From: Raillietiella orientalis | Lineage: Eukaryota | Direction: 5' to 3' | NCBI GenBank assembly: GCA_036172245.1 | Contig: JAYWIR010000018.1 | Location: 2,790,001 to 2,854,000, forward strand | Length of the DNA stretch: 64,000 nt | Shown: positions 50,101-63,329 of the stretch, in pieces | Layout: every line of letters begins with the position of its first letter | Position numbering within the stretch: the stretch's first letter is position 1 | Position numbers and translations under genes: made by a program | Notes under the pieces: model-generated | The model's database searches: none | Seen by the model: only the letters and a program-made list of their open reading frames with translations | What the model was told of the DNA's origin: nothing

Positions 50101-53100
50101 TGCATTTCATGCGTACGGAATCTTTTCAATTGCTATTGAAGGAACAAAAGAGAATAGCACAGGGAAAAAAAAAAATATTCGGGAGGATGCACGATGCTGA
50201 AGTGAGCTAATGGATGGCACTCTTAATTTGCTATCTGTGGATGCAAAGGCGCGCTGTTGTACCAAAGTTAAGTTATGTATATGACGCCACACTTTATATT
50301 TGTGCATATACAAATGCAAATTTGTATCCGGGTCAATGTACATGCTGATGCCAACTACTAAGCGAACAAAGTACGGTCTGTGAAGTGAGTTGCAATGTGC
50401 GAGACGGATGCAGATCGTCTGGAGTATTCTGGTCCTTTTTGCTTCCTTATTTTTACTTTCTGTTCATAATTGCAGAGAGCCATCCTGCGGCCTCATCTCC
50501 ATTACGAATCGCAGACATCTCAGGTGTCGAATCCTGGCTTCCATAGTAGTTTCTTCCGAATTGTTCGAAACTGTATTTTTGGGCCTGGCAAAAAGAAAGC
50601 GACGCAGTTTCAGTCCCTTCGTTTCATGTCATCATGAAAAGCCAAAAATGAATCGAAAACATTTCCAAGTAGTCAGGTTTCAAAGTGTTGATGATGAAGT
50701 GACCAGGAGTTACAAGCCAGCATCTCGCCGTGCAGGGCACACTTGAACTGAGGGCTTGAAATGCCTCTTGTCAAAAGTGCTGAGTCGGTTCCTAGTTTAC
50801 GTTTCTACGGATCCCTTGAGCCTGGTGTTATCTTGCCTTCGAAAACGCATCTTGATCTGCTGAATTTCTTCATTGGTCCGGTGTTCTTTTTCCTGCGTTG
50901 ACGAGTGGAATCGGAACAAACAATCTCTTGCATTGGGATTGCTGTTTTCCTTTCACTCAGAGGACATGTTGCCGATCCAAAGAAATCATCAAAGCCGTTT
51001 GTTTAAATCTATTAGGAGACCATTTAAGTTCCCCATCGTGTTCTGATAACGGTTGTGCCCTTCATAGTTTCTGGGTTTACAACGAGAGCCAGAACGCAGA
51101 AATACAGATCCTTATAGATACACCTGGAACTTTAGTTTGGGATATCTTTCAGATGCCATGATGTCCAGTATGACAGCGATTTGCCAAGTGCGTCTGTTAT
51201 AATAATTTTTGTCGATGAAGCGTGGTCGCCTTTAGTTCGCACAGTATGGAGCGTCCTCAACCGATCACCAAGGAAACACCTGAAAGAAATTATCCTAGTT
51301 GATGATTGCAGCAGCAGAGGTCCGAATGAACATATTCCAAGTAAAGATGGAATGCAATTTCCAGATATGTTTTAGATGAGCTACAAGGTAGGCTGAACTG
51401 GTACATTGAGACAGGGTTCCCACCCATTGTTCGACTAATAAGGCTTGAACAAAGGCATGGCTTAATCAGAGCGAGGTTAGTAGGTGCTGAGCACGCCCGT
51501 GGAGATGTGCTTGTTTTCTTGGATTCTCATTGTGAAGTAAACGTTGTTTGGTATGTTCGCTTGATTCATGGATATTGCATGATTTCTTTTTTAAATAATT
51601 TCCAGGCTCGAGCCATTACTTCAAAGAATTAAAGAATCTCCTACGTCCGTATTAACTCCTATAATTGAAGTCATTGATGAAAATACCATGGGATACTCGA
51701 TGTATCCCACAGATGATTTTCAGGTTGGAAGTTTCTCATGGAATGGGCATTTCACGTGGACTCCTATTCCTAAAAGAGAAAAGTTGCGTCGAGCGACACC
51801 CATAAGTCCTACTTATTCTCCAACAATGGCTGGGGGTCTTTTTGCTATCGACAGAAAGTACTTTTTCTCCATGGGTTCCTATGACCCTCAAATGGATATA
51901 TGGGGAGGAGAAAATTTGGAAATGTCCTTTCGTGTGAGTAGAATTATCAACATTATCAACATAATGTCGAAATAAATATTCTAGATATGGATGTGTGGAG
52001 GCACCTTAGAAATCATTCCCTGTTCATTGGTTGGACATATATTTCGTGAATTTCATCCATATTCGTTTCCCGGCAATCGAGATACCCATGGTATTAACAC
52101 GGCACGGATGGCAAAAATATGGATGGATGATTTACAACGACTGTTCTTTTTACACAGACCACATTTGCTGGTGAGGTTTAATTACTATCGTCATGGTAAT
52201 GAATGGATTTGTTACCATGCTGGTAGCTGTTTTGGATTATTATGCTCCTAATTTCTTTAAGGAAGAAGATATTGGTGATCTCACCGAACGTCGGCAATTG
52301 AGGAAAAAGCTGAACTGCAAGGATTTCCGCTGGTACTTAAAAAATGTCATTCCCGAAAAATTCGTGTTGGATGAAGACTCTATAGCTTTCGGAAAGGTAC
52401 TTGAGAAACATCCGCAACGTAAACAAGAGTGATGTATCCCCATGTTCCAGAGCACAGAGATGGATATTTCGTATATATTAACTATGTTCCTTATTAGCTC
52501 GGTGTGAATTTATGTGATCTGCCTTTCCTTCGGCTGTAAGCAGTCACTAAAAACATCTCCAACTGTTTGTCATAAACCGCGTGCTCCCTTGCACCACGCA
52601 CGTGTGCCACCATCAGTTCGCAGTCTTTCTCTTGGTGTCCAAGAGAAAGACGGCGATGCTTAGGGATTTCCAAGGCAAAGTTGAATCACTTGCTCAACAT
52701 TCGTAGCAGGAAAAAATTTTCTTTTGCCCTTTTCTTGTCGTTTCTGCATCGGAAGTCACCATCAGCCCTTTCAGCGTTCTTATGGGCGTTGCAACTTGAA
52801 AAAGACGTGCGGCTGCCTCTTAACTAGTAAAATGTTCGGTAAGATGCTCCAAATTCCAGCTCCCTGCTGATGCACCGTTTTCCCATGTAGCTGCGAATTT
52901 TTCCGTTTCGTACTGCCGAATCTGAACAAGTTTGTTTCATCTGGACACACGGTTTTGCATAGATGTTTAGCATGCATTTTTGACCTTTTCTCCAACAGTC
53001 CAATGTCTAAGAGAACTCATCATTTCACATTCTGAACGCATATCAATTTAAGAACACTACTTAAAAAAGCCGATGCTGTTTTCGCTTTAATCTGATGCAA

Positions 53101-53848
53101 CCATAAAACCATAGTTCATGAATATTTTCTTGCAAAATTGCGCATTAGTAATTTTGCCACTTTACTGAATAAGATTAAATAATTATAAGCGACAAAATAA
53201 AATTATGCAAGCAGTTGCTACTTCTACACAGTCTACACAGATACGCAATCAAATATGTGCATTTGGAATCATTCGCCCAAGAACCATTTAGAAATTCCAT
53301 CATTTCCCGATAGAACATTAATGCTATACATAGGTGTTATTTCTCCATAGGTGCAATCTGGATCTCTCTGTCTGGATACGCTGCAGCGTGATGAAAGCAA
53401 AACACATGCTATAGGACTCTATCCCTGTCACTGGGCACAACAAATGTCACAGGTTAATTGAAATTATCATGAACTAAACCAAGTGAAGATCCCCAGTTTT
53501 ACTCATTCAGCAAAAAGGGAGAACTGAGAAGAGAGGACACTTGTGCTGAAGCCCATCTTCTAAGAGGGAAACAAGAAGCTGAAATAAACATGATGCCATG
53601 TGATCAGAGTTTGATGCAGCAGTGGCATTATCTCATGGTAGTAGCACAATTAAATTCTGTATACAATCCAATACAGTGCTTTTCTTTAGAATGGATCTCT
53701 AATGCATGTCAAAAGTCAGCTCTGCTTGGATACAAACAAAGCCAAACCTGGAGATGATGTAAAAGCACGTCCATGTAATAAGAGTAAAGGTCAAATCTGG
53801 CAATTTGACCACTTCCTAATAAGTCAACAGAATTATCAGCTTTATTAA
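47115..53848 (+). CDS. GALNT: Polypeptide N-acetylgalactosaminyltransferase (closest by motif to Drosophila Pgant1), multi-exon
   Basis: Exon 1 (47115-47638) has an N-terminal TM and [28 protein letters not shown] 3.5-kb intron precedes exon 2 from 51153 ([16 protein letters not shown]). Later motifs: [38 protein letters not shown] and [24 protein letters not shown]. Ricin-lectin exons end at 53690-53848 (..QIWQFDH..*). Confidence 0.95.
52500..53050 (-). mobile_element. Tc1-like transposase fragment in GALNT intron
   Basis: [22 protein letters not shown] (cf. W..V.WSDETK..FG), followed by a KT...GG..V-like segment near 52600-52640. Confidence 0.45.
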
Positions 53849-53888
53849 GTATTTAATAACATTGAGAAGATTGTTCAAATTAGCTTTA

Positions 53889-54908
53889 CTAAACTAAATT
53901 GTCAAAAATTTTAAATACATCTGGATACTGTTCAAGAGATGTGTACAATTTTTCATTCATTTCTAAATACTCGTCGGAAAGTTCAATCCTTTGCCTTGCA
54001 ATGTACTCCAGAGATGATTCAAGAATCTGGTAATCTTGTTCCTGTAGGCTTTTAAGTACTGAGCAATAACTGCTACCATCAGTTATGAACTAAGGAAACA
54101 GTTGATTCTCTTTCATAGTTCTCTGCTTACTAGAAAACACTTCTCATTGTGATCAGGGGTTACATCTTCCTTCACCTCTTCAGCTCCAGCTATAATAGCA
54201 TGGTCCAGAGCCTGTTCCAAATGACCATCTGGGGGAATAGCAGCATAAATTTTACCTTTCAATTCAAATACGTTCCTCAATCCATCTGCAAAAGAAGCTC
54301 TGCACCAATATAGTACTGTTAAAATGTTCCACCAACCCATGTTTGCGCAAAACATAATTCAGTTCATGCCGAATTCTTCTAGGATTCTCTGACATCGTTA
54401 AAACCAGAAAAAATGCACCACCGGGGCCTCGAATTTCTAATAAATACTCCTGCAGATTGTTCTTACAATTCTGGAAACTGCTAGCTACTGCTGACTCTAA
54501 ATTTCATCATATACAAATACCTGTAGACGTTGTAATGTTCTTTCCAGAGTAGCTTTGGGGACATTGGCCCTTTGGGCTTCTGCAATAATGTTATTTAACT
54601 TGCTATTTATACTTGGATCCAAACAACCAGTTTCTAGGATTTGAACAATATTATTTGTACAATGTTATCAGCTATTTAGGCTCACCTCTCCCTATTAATT
54701 GGATCAAACGACAATACTTAGTAATGTTCTGTGACTTTTCTGTATCTTTGGCCATTTTTGTATGTCTGATATTTGACCACTTGCTATGACCAGCAAAACA
54801 AGGGATTTGTACATGAAGTTTCTGAGACTGAACATTGATAACTTTAAGCATAAACTGATTCCTGGTTTGTAAATATGATAGTGGGAGCAGTAAAGATTTA
54901 CTTGACAT
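53889..54908 (-). CDS. TACO1: Translational activator of cytochrome c oxidase 1 (YebC/TACO1 family), 5 exons
   Basis: Presequence-like N-terminus then AGHSKWSNIRHTK (exon ends 54686). Exon 54633-54521 reads DPSINSKL..AQRANVPKATLE. Later EIRGPGG, AIIAGAEEV and a final VFKIFDNLV* (TAG 53891-53889). The start codon is uncertain. Confidence 0.93.
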
Positions 54909-55863
54909 GCTAATTATTACAAATCGCACTAGTAAATTACACTACAAATGGCATCACATGATGAAGCCATATACCTAAAACACAGATCTAACTTTACTGT
55001 TTCTTTATGAAAATTAGAACATCTAACACTTTAATGTTTCTGTCACCTTTTTCCTATAATTTTCTACTCGGAAAAACCACAGTTCACTTCACCCTACTAC
55101 GAATTATATATCAATCGTGAAAATATATTTCATAACCGTATTGATACTGAAGCATACAGCTGTTCTTCCATAACAGTGATCGCTGAACCGATTCAAACAG
55201 GGATGTTTAATAAAATGAATGTATTTCAAAAATATGATATCCATGGGCAAAATCCATTGTCATATGTTTTTTTTCTCCCCAAAATAAAAGGGCTAACACG
55301 ACAATGGAAGAATTTCAGATCAATGCATTCTGATTACCAAGGGCATTTACGCATCCCAAATATTGTAACCGATCATGAATAAAAGAACTCAGGCTAGATC
55401 ATAAACGTCAAAAGCAAAAATTGAAACTTCTTAATGGAATAATTTAAATCTTCCAACTGGCTTCCGTACTCACCATCTCGAAACCTAAAATAAACTCCAG
55501 TTAGAAATTACGTAATGTGTACTCTTCAGAACATGACCACCAACTATGAATCAGCTATGCAGGAAGACCAGCTAACATTTTGGATTTTCAGAACTTTTAC
55601 ATTGACCAAACCTGCATTCCATATTCCATACTTCCTGCTTTCGTTTTCCCATACTCCATATTATCGCAAAGTATCAACGGTAATTCCTAAAGATAAAAAA
55701 CCACGTAGCTTATCAATCTATTTAGAATGTGTCATTTAAGAGCCCACACACAAACTATGTTTTTTTAAAAATGAAAGACATGGCTCTCTTTACGAAACGA
55801 AACTATTACTTCAAAAATGGAGTCACTTCAGCGGATGCTTCACACTTGGAATCATTTTCAGCA

Positions 55864-55905
55864 AAACATTCAGCTTACAAGCTTTAGCTTGTAAGCTGAA
55901 TGTTT
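55864..55905. repeat. Perfect 20-bp inverted repeat with 2-nt spacer
   Basis: AAACATTCAGCTTACAAGCT-TT-AGCTTGTAAGCTGAATGTTT. Confidence 0.9.
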
Positions 55906-58900
55906 GTACAAAGCTTTAGCTTTCTAAGAGTGACAAGAAGAAGATTCAGTAAACTCTTCAAACCCTGCTTTGGAATTGATCTATCTTGCAAGTCCTAGTC
56001 TTTCTCCAGCCTAAATGTCATGTCGAACAAATCTTGAACTTCAGTAAACAACATAAGAATGGAAAACGTACCAACAAATTACAAGATTCTCTTTATCATC
56101 ATCCATTATTGTCTATCAATGTTTCCTCTCCTATTCTATTTGTACTAAGACCATGTAATTGGAATGATCATCCTAACCTAATTCTGGTTCACGACCATTT
56201 CTTCTAAACTGTTTGAAATTGTTATGAAACATCTGTAAATTCTGTTCTTCAGCTACATTACTAAAAAAAAAAAAATTAAATGGTACAGAAGTTACTCAGT
56301 TTCCACTGCTGTGGCTCAAAAGGAATCTATGATATACACTTCTTTCCAAAGGTTCATTATTTTGGTAATTTGAAACCTCTAAATAAAAAACCACATATTT
56401 ATATTGAAATTTTTGGGAAACAGAAGTGTCAAAATCCTATAGTACATAATTTTCTAGTTTAAATTCTATGAGACACGAATGCATTGTAAAATATGTGTTC
56501 AATCTCGAATACACTTTTGACACTAAGATCAGTCCCGACAAGTGGTATCTATAATTTTGTGTGAAGTTTTAAGTCCAGTAAGCTGTTCAGGTCAGCTAAA
56601 TAAGATGGTTTAATCTTCAAAGATGTAAGCACTCTTTGTAAGACTCCATAATGTAAGCACAAACAACTGCGAAAATGATCTTTCATCCATTCTGATTACC
56701 ATGGATCAGAACGATAACGACATTTGGGATAACGATAATTATCTGGAACCTATTCCTGTTACTTTGCAAAAGTAATGCGAAAAATGATAATGATAATAAT
56801 GTGACTTATCAACATTATTGCTGAACAAATTATGACCTACCCATGTAATACTTTTTACACATCAGGATTACTTTTGAATTTCAAGACAGTATTTATAATT
56901 AGTGTTACAAGCTATAAACTCTGCTCCCCATTTATAAAAATGAAAATTCGCTGCAGGATCATGGAGAAATCCTGCGAATGCGTTCACCTGTGGGAGAATC
57001 TTGCAAGGAACAGGACTTCTTCACAAGATTGCATTGCACTCCTAATACTGATATCTTGAAACTGCTTAACGAGAAGCGTCCGGGAAACTGTCTTTAAAAA
57101 GAACGTCTTATTAGTTCATTTATGATCATACCTGCACTGTGTACTCAACATGCCATATGAGCTGGATCATATGATCAAGAGTTCCACCACAGAAACATAA
57201 ATAAAAAAAACTGCTCTGAGATCGAAAATACAATCTTGCAGTTGTTCCTAGTGGTATATGTTACATAGGTTACATTCATCAATCAATTCATTCATTCAAA
57301 TTAATGGGTCAGATAAGTCAGAAGTCATTATGATTCGTCGAATTTCTTAGAAAAATACCATGGTGGACCATTTCAATCATTAAGATACCAATTCGTAAAG
57401 TTATATTTGCTGACAATATGAAGAGAAAGATATATAACAATAGAGCGTGTTCAAACATTTAGACCTCTACCATTTAATACATATATATATATATAAATCA
57501 GACTAAATTTAGTTACAAAAACAAAAAAGAAAAGGACATGCACACAAAGGCATCTTTTCTTTGAAGATAAAATTGCTAGCCGATTTTTCTAATTAGTTGT
57601 TTCATTTTTTCGTTCAATAAATAAAAATATCTTTGAGTAACGGCACATATCTTAGAGAGCAGAGAATACCACATAAACAAAATACGCAGACAAACATTGT
57701 CCGCTCGGTGTAAAGAAAAGCCACGACAGGAGCCCTCGTCTGTTTTCTGTTACTATAAACCCAAAAAAAAAGCTGAAACGAAAGTCTGGAGGCTGAGTGT
57801 AATATGAGGATGCGCGATAATAGTCGCGAGTCCCCATGACCCTACGTGTGGGGAGTAGGAAATGCCAATCTTGGACTGCATGCAGAAAAAAAGGTTTGAT
57901 CCCCACGGAAGCAGAGGAAGTTTGGGTTATCCTGCAGCTCCTGTCCTCTGTGCAGGCAGCGTTCCACTAAGGGCACCGGGGATGCCAGGGGAAAGTTCCT
58001 GCAAAGATGGAGTTCGGTGGGTGGTGTCACGTACGCTTAGAGGAACAGCCAACACTTAATAGATCAAAATTGAAATATTTAAATGATCGAATACTTGAGG
58101 GAAGGGTTATTGTTCAGATTACATTACGTTTCGTTTATGACGTTCGTAAATGAAAGCATACCTTCCTGTCTTCAAGATGTGATTACATTAACGCAAAGTG
58201 TTATGTAAAGACCTGTCATCAGAGAATGCTAAATAATGACAAGAGTTCACGTTATATGGTAATTATTGTTATACTCTGAAACCGTGAAGTAGATTTTTAT
58301 CTGGTTTATTGGTATACATTAATAAGTACTATGAAATAATACTTTTATTTCCTTCACTTCCGCTTTTTCTTAAATAATTTATCTTAATAATTTTTCTTTG
58401 TTATCTGTACTTCGGCCAGAAAGTCTTCAACTTGATCACGTTACCGATTGCATATCCACATAATGTTCTATGTATTTATGGTATTCATGAATTGATGCAG
58501 CATTTCGTTTGCTTTCTAAGTTCTAATCATAATAAGTATTACAATGATGCCAAGTCATGTGGATACTTTAATTAATTAGAGTCCAATTAATGGTATATAT
58601 TTATTTTTCACAATATGCAAAGCACGTTGAACTAATTGATCAACTTTTTATATAATTTATAATTCAGTTTGTTTATACAATTTTGTATGTTTTATTATTT
58701 ATTTTAAGTAAACGTTTCGGATAAGGGTTAGGTACAACATCCCTATGGTATTCTTATCTGCGCCCCATCTTTCCAGGGTAACACAAGCTGCGTTTGCGTG
58801 CCAATCGATTCTACAGTGCTTCCCTTGTAGTGAGATCAGCATCCAATTCTTCAGTAAGTTGCGCACCTAAAAGTTCAGTTTCCAATGCTGCTCTTGTAAT

Positions 58901-60121
58901 CGTATTGTCTTATTAAACCTTACGGCCGTAAGACCACAAGTCCTATCGAAGACTAATGCTGCCGAGAGCAGCCTGCCGAAAAAGGCAAATTCGCAAGGTC
59001 AAACTTCAATACAAGGCACGAGCTCGGCTGAAGGTCATCAGGACAGTTCTCTCTGATAATGGAAGAGACTGATGGGTAGCAGAGATTGAATTTTCACTGC
59101 CACACGGCCTATTCAAAATGGCTCAAGTCAGTAATGACGATGCTACTTTCGCCTGTGTGACATGCCAATGCTCTTCTGCGTTACATGGTAGAAGAATGAT
59201 TTTCGAAGAAAAAATGAGAGAAACAGCACATAAAAAGGGAACACACATTCAAGCGAAAAAGAACAATCAACTCAGTGGTCTGAAGCCACCTTGAGCCACG
59301 CAGGAATCCGATGGAGGTGGAGCACACGGTTGATTCCATCATGGAAGGGCGTACTCTGTAAACTTTTCGCGTGCCTAAGAATGCTGCCTGCTACATCATT
59401 CAAAATCCCAGGACTTAAAAGCACGAATTAAATATAATAAAAGCAATGACGTTGTTGAGATGTGGATTGAACTAAGGAGCCAGAATGAAGAGAAACAGAA
59501 TGGGACCGCAGATGTCAAAATGCTTTCGGGAAGGTGGACACCTAGATAAGGAAAGGGGATTAAAATTATCTATTCATGGTTACATTATGTGTCAGTAGAT
59601 GCACTCAATGTATCAGTCCTCATTACCTGATGATGCTTTAACCATTGCCTTTTCTTCAAAGTCGAAACTTTCAAGCTCAAGAAGCCTGTTCTTAGGAATA
59701 GTACTGTTTTAGCTATGAACAGCAGTTGACATGAATCAGAATTCGTGAGAATGACGAGAATTCTATGTACTCACTTTAGGTTCTATCTGTTCATCCATAT
59801 CCATTTATGTCGTGTCATTCAGTACATATGCCATATATGCATGTACTCCCATCTCTCCTTTTCGTTCCATCTATTTATCCGTACTAAATACAAAACATTG
59901 CACTGTGCGCGTCTTGAGTTTGCTGCGGGCGTACGCTACTTCTTCGTCTGTCGGTCAAGTCATGAAGTTTAAAGACTTAACAAATGCAGATGGCTGCAAC
60001 GACCAGGAGCGCAGAAAGAGTGTGCACAACCCTGGGAGGCGAGTGGTATTCTCTGCACACTGCAGAGCGCTCTCTTCTTTCGATGTGACAGATGTGTGGA
60101 CTGGAGAGGGTGATGGTTATC

Positions 60122-61041
60122 TACGAGGCGCATTTCAAAAGTAAGGGTGCATCGCATACAAAGAAAGAACAAATAAGAGAGACAAAAACGTATTGGTGGT
60201 CCAAAACACATACATCCCCGTGTCATTCTTCTACGTGGTCGCCATTATTTCCTCAAACACTTTTGATATCATCGAAGAAGCTTTTTGAAAGCTCCTGCAT
60301 GGAATTCCACCGCCTAGCAGTTCAGCCAGTCCAGCAGCACTGCGCTTTTCCACTCCTCCCTTTCCCCCTCGAATCGTTGAGCCACTCCTTGAGGTGGAGG
60401 AAGACGTGGTGGTCACTGGGGGCGAGGCCAGAGCCGAGTGATCAAAAAGTCCCCATTTGAATTTCCGAATTGTCTGGAATGTGAGGACAGGGCAGTGTGT
60501 GGGACCGAAAGGGTGCGCTTTCGAAGGGTGGACTTTACGGAGCCCGGAACAACCACCACCTCGCAAGCCTACTGAGAAAAACACTTTCAACACTGCGGCG
60601 TGCCATTCAGCAGAACCGACGACGTGGAATGCTGAGATCAGGAATTCTCCTTCGCGAACAGCGCGCGCCCACACACTGCTGTCCAGAAAATTCAGGAATT
60701 CAAATGGGGACTTTTTGATCACTCGGCCCTGACCTCGCCCCCAGTGACCACCACGTCTTCCTCCACCTCAAGGAGTGGCTCAACGATTCGAGGGGGAAAG
60801 GGAGGAGTGGAAAAGCGCAGTGCTGCTGGACTGGCTGAACTCCCAGGCGGCGGAGTCACATGCAGACGGTTTAAAAAAAACTCATTCCACGGTATTGAAA
60901 GTGCTTGGAGATAAAAGTGGTGACTACGCAGAAGCATGACACGGGGATGTATGTGTTTCGAACCACCAATACGTTTTTGTTTCTCTTATTTGTTCTTTCT
61001 TTCTATCCAAGCGGCCATTCCTTTTTGAGATGCACCTCGTA
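60122..61041 (+). mobile_element. Mariner-derived foldback MITE, copy 3 (~920 bp, opposite orientation)
   Basis: TACGAGGCGCATTTCAAAAGTAAG ... CTTTTTGAGATGCACCTCGTA. The + strand core reads WDRKG..LRRAIQQNRRRGMLRSGILL..ARPHTA..KWGLFDH..GPDLAPSD across frameshifts. Confidence 0.88.
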
Positions 61042-61559
61042 TATTCTTCTGCGAAGCAGCTCCCTTATTAATCAGTGGCACTAACAGGATTCCACGATTT
61101 CCAGAAAGCAGCTGAGTAAAGATTTGTTTCTGCTGCCTCAGTACCAGACCATTTCTAAGCTAGGCAAATGTTCCCATGGCAGTGGTTTGGCTGCTACCCT
61201 CGTTGGCAATTCTGCTCCTGAAAACCGAATTCCGGAATGTCTCTTCATTGCGATCTAAGGAAGGAACAGTAGGTTTCCCTCGGGATAGCTCCTTACAGAC
61301 AAAGAGGATGGCAAACAATAAAGGAAGTTCAGTAATGCAAGGTGAAAATCAGTAACTAAGAACAATGAGAAGCGAATCACGGGCAGCGCTCATCTCGCAA
61401 TCATTAAAATCAACAGTAAGGAGCTGCGATAGAGTCGATGTTTTCTTGGCCATGAGTCCACTGTTGATGATTGTGGATGAGTGGGCACTTTTTCCTGGAA
61501 AGCTGTAAGAGCCACCGCTTCACAGACCATTTCCTTCACATCGTCCAGGGAGATCAAAC

Positions 61560-62200
61560 GGGAATAGTCCTTGTTGGAACTATTTCAGAAACATTAAAAA
61601 GGTGTGCGTTATAAAGGAAGCAACATTCAGGTAATGAGATGGGGGTATCCCATGATCGTAGACGGAACAGAAAGGAGAAATGAAAGCAGAGGAACCGACG
61701 AAACGGAAGGCCGGAAGTCCCTTCAGGCAGAATGAAGCACAGAGCTCTTTCTTGCAGATAAGAAAGCAGAATAGGTTTCTCGAAATCTCTCCGGTTAAGG
61801 TCCAAGCGGTCACGTAGCAGCAGCCGGATTGTTTCTTTTTTTTCACATACTGGAACGAAATTCCTACGGGAGAACGAAAATGTCCCTGAAGCTCGTACAC
61901 GATGAAAGTGCCGCGTACGGAAAACACACGAAGAACGAATTTTGGTGGTGTCTTTTGATTGAAGCTCGAACCGTACATTGAAGGAAATTGCATACCGAAG
62001 GTGGGTTTCCACCCATGTGAGGACACGAGTGATGGTGAGGGGGAAACTTCAGCATAGCCTCCTAAGCAGAGCGAGTGAATCCATTCCGTAGAAAAGACAA
62101 AGGACCATTGCAGCGACGAATCTGTATTATTTCCTGGAGGGCAGGCATCAATTAACGGGAGCCGATGGCCGTGAAGAGCGAGCCGAGGTTTTCTAGATCG
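61560..62200 (+). mobile_element. Possible hAT transposase remnant
   Basis: NSPCWNYFRN (BED-finger-like S.VW.YF) and RIVSFFSHT (cf. R.IV.FF..S). Fragmentary. Confidence 0.25.
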
Positions 62201-63329
62201 GACGAAACTGCCCGTCAGCCTTCGGAAATCGTGCCCGGACGGAGGGCACCCGTGCGTCCCCGCCGCGATGACGAAGCCGCCTTGCCGCCCTCGTTCGGCC
62301 GAAATGGTGGGGAGAAAAGCGACGGGAAATTTCGAAACCGAAGGAGGAGGAACGGAAGGAACCGACTTCCGGCACAGTTCGCCCGCCGCACGTCTTCCGG
62401 GCCCGGCGGTGCAGCGCATTTCGTCGGTCAACGTTGACCCGTTTCGCGCTCCGCGTACCATCGTGGTTCCTCCACGCATTCCATTGAGAAATGGGTTAGT
62501 GACTCTGAGCTGGAGGTCTGGACAGCTGGGTCAAGTACTCCGGGCGCCACAGCCACAGCCCCTGCCGTTCCTCCGACAGGCAAGGAGCGCGTCTTCCGCT
62601 TTATCTCGGGGACTCCCCGGCAGGTGGAAGAACGTCCACCATCCGGATGGCGGTCGCCCCCCTTCCGGCTCCTGTGCTGTCGGAACTCGGAGGACAGAAA
62701 GAGTGTGCAGGGTCACTCAGACGAAGTCGGGTCATTCAGAAGGATCAACTTAATAAAACAAACAAACCCTAACGACATTTTCTCCAAGCAGTGGACAAAA
62801 GGAAGAAAAGCCTTCCCCAGCTCAGCCCTGCCTATTAAGAGAAAGATTGCGCAGAAGTCTCCTCAGGGACTGCAGTGAGCGGCTTCATTTGTTGCTACGG
62901 GTTACTCATCTGCCGATCGAGGAGGATTTTAAAAGGCTTGCATTCATTAGATGGAAACAATCGGTCGCAAAAGAGACGATCGATACGAAAGGCAAATCCG
63001 GAACCCATGGTTACCATCCACTTGGTTTCACGCCACGCTTGGCCGTTTCACGAGGATGCATCTTGGCAGATTGCAGCAAGCATCACGAAGAGCGCGTCTC
63101 CTTATCACCGGCATCAGTCCAGAAAGGATCGCCAGTCCCAACCTATTATGGAGACCGGGGGCAGCCGTGGACTGGGGGGAGTGAGCTCTGGAAGCAGCCG
63201 AGGGACAGACTTTGGAAGATCCGGTCGTATTTCCCGGAACAGTGGTTGGGGAGGAAGGGCGCGATCCACTCCGCAGCACCCGGAAGCACACCTGGTGGTG
63301 CACGTACCAGTGGGGTTTTTCCCTTTCTT

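Noticed and set aside
47700..50900. Nested gene in GALNT intron 1
   Set aside because: Only short unrelated ORFs and possible TE scraps that I could not assign.
61580..62479. 299-aa minus-strand ORF
   Set aside because: No recognisable domain; probably the antisense of TE remnants.
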